From the NCBI GenBank assembly GCA_036172245.1, contig JAYWIR010000018.1, forward strand, positions 1,860,001 to 1,924,000: a stretch of DNA of 64,000 bases, written 5' to 3'. The stretch comes from Raillietiella orientalis. Taxonomy: Eukaryota. Numbering within the stretch: the first letter of the stretch is position 1; every line of letters begins with the position of its first letter. The notes beneath the pieces are model-generated. The model saw nothing but the letters and a program-made list of their open reading frames with translations, did not search any database and had not been told where the DNA came from. Of this stretch, positions 17,701 through 27,500 are shown piece after piece. The translations under genes and the position numbers were made by a program.

Positions 17701-18254
17701 AGAAAAGCGCCGAGATTTACGATGTGGTCATCTTTGCGGCACCCATCTTCGAGAACCATCAGCGAGTCTCGTTACAAGGAATAAGAAATCCCCAAAGACA
17801 CATACAGAGATATCACAAGACCGTGTCGACCCTGGTGAAAGGTCGCTTCAACGCCGATCTTTTCAATGCGAGAGAGGATGATACCATCATTCAATTGAAC
17901 AGCAGCGTGTTTTTTAATTCGATCAGCAAAGTGCACGGTGTAGATGGAGAAGAGGCGTCGGATGTTTGGAAGATTTTTTCCAAGGAGTCACTTCCAAAAA
18001 GCTCCTTGGAAAGTCTGTTCTCGGTCATCGAGGATTGGAAATCCCGTGAATGGTTCGCTTACCCGGAGTACTTCGTCGACCTGCAAGGCTGGGACTACAG
18101 CTTCCAAGTTGACGACGGCTTCTATCACATCAACGCGATCGAGTGGCTGGCTAGCGCCATGGAGATGAGTGCCATTGGTGCGCGGAACGTTGCCCTATTG
18201 GCACGCAGCTACTGGAACTCGCAGCTTTCGCACGACGAGCATATCGGACGCTGA
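11757..18254 (+). CDS. PCYOX1: Prenylcysteine oxidase 1-like, paralog A, ~479 aa; exons 11757-11862, 11916-12128, 13962-14133, 15908-16116, 17515-18254
   Basis: Signal-peptide-like [17 protein letters not shown]-binding [94 protein letters not shown] junctions with phases 1,1,2,1 give 1440 nt in frame. An alternative in-frame ATG lies at 11748. AATAAA at 18288. Confidence 0.92.
13032..13925 (-). mobile_element. ~0.9 kb segment present in intron 2 of PCYOX-A but absent from B and B'; probable decayed retroelement fragment
   Basis: Alignment to copy B breaks after GGTGCAGTGAT (13031/39099) and resumes near 13926. The minus-strand ORF has NLPLDVRNQGW, weakly like the non-LTR LP..VR...W region. 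Confidence 0.35.
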
Positions 18255-18573
18255 CAGAAAGAGAGGTGCGCGTGTGGACCGGGTGTGAATAAATGCAGGT
18301 CTCGAGGCGCCATATGCCTTCATTGCTCTCAGGCCTCCCGCTTTCTGGTGACTCAGATCTTTTCTTTGTCCTGCCTCCTTAGCCCGCTGCTCCCCCGACC
18401 GCTACTTGCAACGGTAGTGACCTCCGAAAGCGACGCAGGACTCAGTGGTCTTGGTGATGTATTTACACATGTGGACGCCTATCCCGGTAGGGGGTGCGAG
18501 AGCACTTCATGTTGCCGGATCACGGATGGAAGAAGGAGGAAGATCGGAGAAAAAACTCTTCAGTGGGGTCCAC

Positions 18574-21500
18574 TCAGGACTCCCAGACCGTGCGTTCGGT
18601 CTTCTTCCTCATCGCCGGCAGCATCCGTAAGCACCCGAAGAGAAGCACGAAGACCTCCATCATGGATATGAAGCTGCCTCCCAGGCTGAGGCTGACGATC
18701 CCTCCGATGTCGCCTGGGAAGGGAAAGAGGGAGGGATTGGCCGCAGCCCCCGTCCGTTCCACGTAAACTATTCTCCGCGCGCGCTCGAGGCATTGTGGGG
18801 AGCGCATGGCGCCCGCGCGGGTCCATTTCGCAGATGCAAGGAAGGCCCGCGCGCGCGAGCCTGCCTTGCGTGGCGAGGACGTGTCCCTCTGGCCGCTTGG
18901 AGACGCGAGTGGGCGCGACGCATCCCGAAAGCAACCGTTCGGGCTGCGGGCTGCGGGCCGGTCAACGCGCGAACCGTGGCAACCGGGACTGGCGAACGCA
19001 CTCCGGGTACTCCGCAGAGAGGCGCATCGTCGGGGTCGGGGATCAAAGAGCGTCCGGGAGTCTGCAGCCTGAAGGAGTGGGCTATCCCCGAGCAGGAGCG
19101 AGCTCTGCTTCTCCCTCGATTCCCTCTCTGGCTGTAGAAGGAGGAAGGGGAGCCCGCGGACGGAACTGGCAGCAGGACGAGAGGGGCAGCTTTCCGAAGG
19201 TACGTGAGGGCAGGGAATCCCGACGCACCCGAGGGCCAGCCGCACAGCGGGGGTTCCCGATCTCTCCTTCCTCCTTGCGGAGGACGGCGGCCCACCTTTC
19301 CGCGACGAGCAACGGGTTCACGGAATGAGGAGCGGGGGGCCAGGTCGGCAGCGGGCGCGGACTGCTGAAATCCAGACGAGGAAGCGGAGAGAGGGAGAGA
19401 CGCAGAAATGGGAGAGGTGTGTGGGATGGGAGGGGAAGGTCGCGCCTCCGGGGTCGCCTCGCCGCGCTCACTTAGCGTGGTCAGGAACTGCTCCTGGCTG
19501 AAGATGATGTCGGTGGTGTCGTGCATCCGGAAGTACACAGTCACGTCGGTCGGGATCTCCCTGGAAACGGGAACCGAGGGTGAGAGAGAGGAAGCTCCCG
19601 GGGCGGCTCCGAAGCGGAAACGGAACTCGCTCCTCCAGCCGCTCAATGCGCAAACGGGTGCGCTCCCTCCACTCGCCTTCTCGCAGGCCGCGTCGAGGGG
19701 GAAGCTGTTCGCGTCCGGACGGAAATCGCCCGGAAGCTGCAAGCTACGGGACGTGTCTCACGCTCGCGGCGCCGCTTCCAGCAGGAGCCGCACCGTGCGC
19801 CCGAGAGCGCGCGGTGGCGGCCGCGGCTGCGTGGAGAAGCCGGAAGCGAAGCGGCCACCCGTTCGGTCGGTGCGCTCCATGACGCGCCATGCTGACTGCG
19901 CGCGCGCAGCCAGGCGGGAACCCCGCGCTGCCGGCGGAAAGAGTCAGGGCCGCTCCGGGAACGCTACAGGATTCCTCCTAAGGCAGCGGAGCCCCGATCA
20001 TCCCAGAGACCTACCCTTGCGGTGGCCGCACACGCCCAAAGGAGTCCCTCAAGGGACTTTCCAGCACCTTCCCGGTGTACAGGGAGCGCATGCACCCGTC
20101 CGCGAAGAAACCTGGAAGACAGGAGAACTCCGTTGCCATCGTCGTTCAGGGAAAGCTCCTCACAGTCTTTCTCTCCTCCGTTCCCCTCTTGTCCCGAAGT
20201 GCAGCGCGTGCCAAAGCTGGAGCGACTCCTCCGGGGCGTTGCCACTCACCAAACGGGACAGTCAGCGCACGCGGGCTCTCGTTGTCCATTTTGGAGCGGG
20301 CGGGATGTGAACCCCCCTTCGCGGCAACTGGGGCGACCGGGGACCGTCTCGCAAAAATATGCTTTCCGAGGTCCCGGGCCGTCCTGGACAGGAAACAGGG
20401 ATCTCCGAACCCCGCTCGATGCGGCGCTTCTCTGGGAATCCGCGAACGACTCATCGATGTTGCGCCCGTCGAATCCCCTGTCCACGCGACCACTGGCTGC
20501 TTGCCTTGTCTAGGCCGTGCCGAGACCCATTCTCCTCCCAGAATACGGCTAGAGAAGAAATCGGCAACCAGGTGCGTCCTTTCTCCCCACCATTCGCTCC
20601 CTTTTCCTCGTCGGAGATGCAGCTCCCTTGGAGCGTTCCCGTTCCACGTTCTCCCCTTTTCCCGAGTTCCCGCCGCCCGTGCGTTCCGATGAGCGCGCGC
20701 CGTCTCACGGGAACGCCTCAAGCCCTCCTCGTGCACCCACGCGCGGCAGCACCAACGAGGTAGGGCGAGGCCCCCGAAGTCCACCAATGCAGGCCCACCC
20801 TCCGACGCAGCCCGTCCGAAAATCTGTCTGCGTTGCATGAACCGCGCTACGCCGCACCATGGGGGCATGCGCGCGAGCTCCCCCAGAGGGTGATCCCTGC
20901 CGCTACGAATGCGCGGAGGAGTCGATGCCGTCTCCAGCCCAGACCGCATGCGGACGATACGCCGCCTGGACGACCTGGCTAGGGTCGCTGCAGCGGCAAC
21001 TGCAACGTGCCGAGCATGGCCTCCGGTCTCATCTGTCCGCAAGTCATCCGGCTCGCGAGCGACTGCGCCCGGACCGAGGCAGCTCCGGGACATTTCGCCC
21101 TCAAGGATGCGAGCCGCCGGCCCGCGAGGTGCATTTCGCACGCTCCGGGCAGCACGAGCAGTTATCAACCGCTCCGCGGAGGACGGGAAGATGGAGAAGA
21201 TGCCTCCCCCACCGGTGCCTGGCAGGCATCGGCGAAGCTCCCCCTCTGTGCTGCGCGCACCGGCGCCAAGGGAATTTTGCTGTCGCGCCCCATCAGGCAC
21301 CTGGGACTCGCGCGGGAGGTGGGCGCGGAGCGGGGAGGAAGGAGTCCGTTGGATGGAACTGTCGCCTCCGTCCGCTCCCTGGCTGGCGAGGAAGCGATCA
21401 GGGGTCCACGGGGGGCAAGCCGCGCGCTTCCGGAAGCTGCGTGTGGATTCATCCCTGGCTGCGCCTTTCGCCTCTTGCGGCCGTCTGCCCGGCAGTGTTT

Positions 21501-24500
21501 TGGCTCCCGACGACCCGCGCTCGTCCCCTCGGAGGTCGGGGCGATGGAACGGTGCGCGACGGTTCAGCGACGGCGGGATGATTCGGAGACGGCGGTTCCC
21601 CTCTTCCGACCCAACACAGCGGAGGCGCAAGGGAAGGCTGCTGCATACGGGTGAGAACGGATGGTGGCATGCCACGAGGAGAGCGGGAGGAGAGGGCAGG
21701 AGCTCCTCGGAAGAGAGGCGAGACGCACCGTTCATGGTCCTGCAGCTGGGATAGGCTTCGGCTTCCACCATCTTCAGGATGTCTTCCGGACCGCAGACAG
21801 GGAGGGAGGCGTTGCCCATCTCGGCATCCTCGAACGCCAACAGGGATCGCGTGTGGACGGCTGGAGAGAGAACAGGACGAGGTCCCCACCTTGGGAGGGA
21901 CTGTCCTGCGCAAAGGGCCGCGCGGAGAGAACTCGCGTGATCCGAGGATGCGCGAATCTATCCAGAGGGATGGGAAGGCGGCGAAGGGACACAGAGGGCA
22001 CCGACAGCCTCCCTCTCCCTTAACGTCCTCTGCTCCCGTCTGCCGAAGGCGCGTCCCTTGCGGAGGTTCCTTCCCGCGCTTGTGCGGATCCCGAAACCGC
22101 CACTGGAGGAAAAGTTCCGCGTGGGACCGTTCGCCCACCAGGACCACGTCCCGGAAGGGACAGGGACGGAATAAAGAATCGGGAAGAGCGTCGTCTAAAC
22201 AACGTGCAGGCTCGCGGACAGTCGCGAGGGGCAGCTTCATCTCACCTTCCTTGGCGGCGAAGAGCGGGACGCAGCCGTGCGCCTGCAGCACCAGGCGCTG
22301 CCACTCCTCGTAGGACACGTGACGACCGCTCACGACGCTGCGCAGGTACCAGTTGGAGCCGTCGGAGCAGCGGCGGGGCTGCCTTTCGTGGATGTACCGA
22401 GAGTGTTTCTGGAGCACAGGAGAAAGAAGGACGCGTGGTCGGCGAGGGGGAAAGGATGAATGGGCAGAGCTGGGTACGCAGGGGAGGAGGAGGATGAATG
22501 GATGGGGAACGGGCGGGTCCCGGGAGAGATACGCCGACAATGAAGCGCGTCGCTCTCGACCGCTGAGGAGGCGTCCGAGGGAGCGGATCAGAGGGATGAA
22601 CCGCCGGCCTGCGGAAGTGCACGGGCAAGTGAGGTGCTTCGCTGCAAGGTCGAGAGCACCGGAGAGCCGCTGCCATCGCCTTGGAAACCGCTCCTTCCTT
22701 ATCCACGCATTAGCTGCGCGTTCACCCATTTCTGCCCTCTCGCAGGCTGCTCGCCGCCATTCCCGAGTCTTCCGAGCGGATCGGTGGTCAGCGGACGGGG
22801 AGATGCCCGCTGGAGAGCGCGACGGACACCGTCGACAAGGATGACGCGGTGACGCTGCAGGTGGTCCGCATCCCCGCTGTCAGGGCACGTGTTCTCCTTC
22901 AGCGGTGCCCAACGTATCCGCCCCAGGGGCAGCCGTCCATCGCTTCCCGCAACCAGGATCGCGGCTCTGCGGTGCTTCCAGGAGAGAAAGGCGACAGATG
23001 GAAGGAAGCTACGAGGCGGAGGGCATTCACGCGTCAGGGCGAAGCGACGATCTTTAGCGACGACGGACGGACTTTTTGTACCGCGAAGAAACCCACTGAA
23101 CGTAAGGGGAGTTGCCTTGCGCCGTCGCGCATGCACGTCATCGGTCAAAGGCCCCTCCGTCCGACGTCCCGTTCCTGTTCCTTCCTTCTTCCAGGAGACC
23201 CTCCGTTGCTCGCGGGCTTCCCTGTCCTCCAGGAGTTGCAACGCCGCCTAGGCGCGTGCTTCCTCAACAAATCCGGAGTGCGGGAGTCGCGTGGTCGGGG
23301 TTCCCTGGTCACGCTTTCCCCTTCTGTCCGCACCGCCACTTGCGCTCACCGTCCGTGCGCTGCCGCCTTGCTACGCTGCGAAGGACGGACGCATGCAGTC
23401 GCGTTCGCTTCCATCGCCCAGGGAGGCGATGGCGGCTCGCGCGCGAATGCGTGAGGCGTCCTCGTACGCCTCCTTGTCTCGCTCTTCTTCCTCCTCCTTC
23501 CTTCTTCCTTCTCCGCCACCCATCACCCCCCTCCCTTTCCTCTAGCGCGTTGCCGAGTTTTGCGCGCCTCGGCCATCTGCCTCCCCAGCACGCAAAGTCT
23601 AGTGCCGCCGTCATTCTCCCCGAGATGGCAGCGAGTGAGGCCGTCCCTTGCACCGGCATCTCTTCTCCCGATCCCAGAGGCCTCCCTTTCCGCCCGCGAC
23701 TGGCTGCCGCTCACCACGACGACCTCGTTCCACATGCCGCGGGCAATGGGAATCCGGGTCTGGGTCAGGCAGTGAAACGGCATGTCCCTTCCGTGGTCGG
23801 CAAAGTACACGAAGAGATACGACTCATCCGGGAATGGGTCCAGGAAGTCGCCGTCGATCCCTGAAGAAGCGAGCGGTAGCGAAAGCCGAAACAGTTAGCG
23901 CCAGGAAGGAACGTCTGTTCCCCGCGCTCCGATGCTCACATCCGTCTGGCAGGTAGCGCAGCCGAATGGAGAAGCGCGACTTGCCGACAGGGACCTGGCG
24001 CAGCAGCCGCGAGCTACGGGACGAGAAGCACTTGGAGGATGGGGAGAACTCCTCTTCCTGGAACACCTCGTCGCAACACCGTTCTCCCGTAAGCAAGGAG
24101 AGGTTCGGCATTTGGCAGGACTGGACAAAGTCCCTGCAGCTGGCAGGAGAGAGCGCTTGATCGGCTGAAGCGCACCCCTCTCACCTGAGGGTGATACCGT
24201 CCAGGATGTCCTCGACGGAGCCGCCCACGCGTTTTCGGTGTTCGTTCCACCATGCCTCCAACAGCTCCCGCCGCTTCCAGTCGTGCAAAAGAGACGGGCG
24301 AACCTTCTTGCCCAGGATCGCTAAGGCGACGTAGCTCAGCTGCGACGAGTTCAAGTGGACACCTGGAGCGAAGACGTCCGGAGGGCGTCGAAGTCCTGCA
24401 GGCGTTCGTCCACCCTTGCGCACGCGTTTCTTTCCTCCCCGCTTCCCGTGCCGCTTGTTGCGCCACCTGCTGGAGTGTAGCGCGGGTCGAAGCGTCCGAC

Positions 24501-27500
24501 TCCGGCCGCAGGGAAACGGAGACGGACTGCCAAGGAGGAGTCCCGCGGCGTGCGACCTGTGGAACGGCCGCGCGCATCCGGGGATCCCGGTCGACCTGCG
24601 AGAGCGATGCTTCGGGTGTCTCCGGAGATGCACCTTCCTGGTCCTCAATGGAACCACCCGCACCCCGCACTCTTCCGGGGGATGGCGGGAACTAACAACG
24701 GACTATTTTCGGGAAATCCGCGAGCTGCCGGAGCCTCCTCGTCCGAGTGAGGCGGGAGAGAGTCGGGTCGGGCGACCCACGCCCCGCTTCATACCGGGAA
24801 AGCCGACGCCGCAAGAGAAGAAACCTCGGCGTCTGCTTCTTTCGCCGTCCTGGAACGGACAAACGCCCCAGCGGGAAGAGGAGGACATTCGGACAAGGGG
24901 ACGCTCCCTGAGGGACGCGGGTTCGGGTCGTCGCGTGCGGGACGCGTCGAGAATCCGGAAATTCCCCCCCTCGCTGGAGGGCATGGAAGGAAGTTCATCA
25001 CCAGGCGACCAGTCCTCTTGCAGGAGAATCCGCCGATGCACCTGCTCTCTGGAGTTTCCTCTCCATCATAGGTGGTTCCCGTATGCACTGCTTCCCCCAC
25101 CGGAGGAGGAGTGTGTCCCCTCTCTCCAGAGCATGTTCAGCTTCACCCGGACCACACCAGCCGAGGTAGAAGGAGTTGCCATCCAGCAGGAACCCATACA
25201 TAGACAGGGGCCACCGTTTCTTCCCAAGGCGGCCACGTTGCCCACCTCTTGGTCCCCTCCGCGAACCTCGGCAGCGTCCTCTGCAGGTAATGCACACCGA
25301 CCGCGAAGCCGAACGTGGAGGTGGCAGGACCTGGCATACGCGTCGTCGGCTTGAGCAGTCGACTGCACGCAATATCCCCCTCCCCCTCTCCTCTTGCCCA
25401 CCCGAGAGAGTTCGAAGGAAGTGCCGCCGCACGCTGCATCCGCAAATGCCTTCCCGTGCCTCCCCGGACCGCCGCTGCTCCTTCCCTCGTCGCCCGTCAC
25501 GCGACTGCCACCGCGCGATTGCCGTCCGTCCGCCGCAACTCGGCGGAGGCGCCGGAAGAGAGGGCACCGCAGGCGCACGAGATTGCGCGGCGGAGGCAGC
25601 TGAGCGGAGCTTTCTGTCTTCCGTCCGCGTCTCTCCGCGAGCGGGAGCGGCCAGTGCACCAACCTCTCCTTCGGAGAGCATCCCGTCTCCGGTCGAGACT
25701 TCAGTGGGAAGCTGGTCTTTCTGGTGCACGTACAGCAGGAGCGCAATACTTGCGAAGGACAGGAATAAGGGACTGCACCTCCAGGCGGGGCCGCGATTCC
25801 CCCCGACGGAAGCGCGACCCCGTCTGGCGAGCACGGCCGTCGGATCGGCTCCCCAGATGGCGGGTTGTGCGGGCAGCGGGGGCGGCGGCAGACAAATTGT
25901 CCACGACTCCTCGGGCGCCATCTCCGTACAGCGGCAGCATCACTCCCGGAAAGGGAGAAAGGACGCGCTGCTCATCGCGCGAGGACCGCCTCGCCAGCAG
26001 TGCCCCCTTCTGCCATTCTCCCATTGTTCCACTTCCTTGGTGCTCTGCCGGGCAGTCTCTCCGTCTTCCTGCACCTCACCACCGGGATCGAGAGGCTCGT
26101 CGCGCGGCAGGCATCTCCCCTTCCGCAGGAACTCGAAGCCGCCCCCACCTCCTGTTCCCGGTCGATCCTGGTGGCGAAGCGGAAACTCGAGAGAACGCGG
26201 GATGCACCTTTCCCGGATAGACATCCGAGCGCCTATGGCCGATCTCGAGAAGGGCACGCCGAAGCGCGCCTGCCCAGCAAACCTCCAGCCGGGTCGCAGT
26301 TATCTCCTACCGTCACTTGGCCGACCGGCGTTCCTTCTCCACCGACGTGGAAGCCGTTGCCACAGGCAGCGAACTTTCCGCTTGCCTCTCCCGCCAGGGT
26401 CGCGCCCGATCGAGGCGTCGCGGTCAGTGTCCTGCTCCTGCCGGCAGGCTTCCGATCCCAGCTGCCCCAACGAACTGCGTCCGCTGCAGGGCACGCGTGC
26501 GTCCGTCCGGCCGGCCATCGACGTCTCACGGTCCGTCCCGGCGCCGTTCGGCGCGCAGTCGCCCGCGCGGCGATTCGCCAGCAGAGCGCGCTGGCGACGG
26601 TCGCGTCGGCTCCTTCGCACGCAGGGCGCCGGACGAGATGCGGCCGACCACGAGCGACCGACATGCGTGTGGGGCACAGAATCCGCGGTGCCACTTTCGT
26701 GTCCGCACCTGCAGTCGGCTAGCGCGAGCGCGGGCGGCGCTACCCCGCGCAGGATGGCGAGCGGTGCATACGAAACGCAGACCGTGCACACGCCATGCCG
26801 CGCCACGTTCGCTTCGCTGCCGTTCACAGATTGGCTCCCTGGCGCCGGACGAAAAGTTTGCGCGCGACCTTCGCGGACCTGCATCGCCGGCGGCGTAGCG
26901 CACTCGCTCGCCCAACGAGTCAGCAGGGAGGAGGGGCCCTCCAAAGTTCGTCCACCCTTTGGTGCCGAATGGTGGCGCGCAAGAAACGCGACGAGACAGA
27001 CGGATGGCACGCAACAGAACGGCGGGAAGACAGTGCCATTCAACGGGGGGCGTGGCAAGCGGTGCCTGTCGGACCGCCCGCGAAGTTGTCTGCGCGTTCT
27101 CGGCTGTTTAGGCGGCAGCAGCGCCGGCGACCGCGGGACCTGCGTGCGCTATGCCGCCTGCGCCCTCCGTGTACGGAAGAGGAAGAACGGGAAGGAGGAA
27201 TGCGACCGCGCTGTGGCCGCGCGACGGCACCTCCGCCTTCGCCGGTACCCATCGTCCCGCACGCACGTGCCGGTCAGCGATCCGGCAGGTCTCTTTTGAA
27301 TTGGGTGTGGTTGAACCACCGGTCCGACCACAAGTTTCTCTGTAATAAGTTTGTTGAAAAAGTAGCGCTGCGGCGCACCCTGGCGCAATTCCCTAGCACA
27401 CGGATTGGCGGGCAGTCGGGGCAGTCGAACCGCCGAAGCCTTTCAAGGGCGGGTAGCTTCGTTCTATTCCGAGGAGGGACGCTCTCACACGTCACGAATA

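Larger units (their letters stand above)
10075..18333 (+). repeat. Segmental duplication unit A (direct repeat of ~35895-43479)
   Basis: Near-identical blocks: 10075-11327 = 35895-37147 (offset 25820); 11492-13031 = 37560-39099 (offset 26068); ~14245-17580 = ~39419-42731 (offset ~25174/25151). These are separated by unrelated or diverged islands. Diverged 3' UTR similarity ends near 18333/43479. Confidence 0.95.

Noticed and set aside
20250..20383. Candidate ENaC exon (minus; good AG and GTGAGT; DGPGPRKAYFCETVPGRPSC...CADCPVW)
   Set aside because: It starts in phase 0 while the upstream exon ends in phase 1, and I found no bridging exon. The 19743-19677 exon completes the protein more simply. 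Not fully excluded.
25176..27299. 707-aa ORF, and similarly the 564-aa ORF at 20146-21840 and many other R/A/P/G-rich ORFs
   Set aside because: They lie in GC-rich introns or repeats, overlap in several frames and show no recognisable domains apart from embedded real exons. Stop-codon scarcity explains them.
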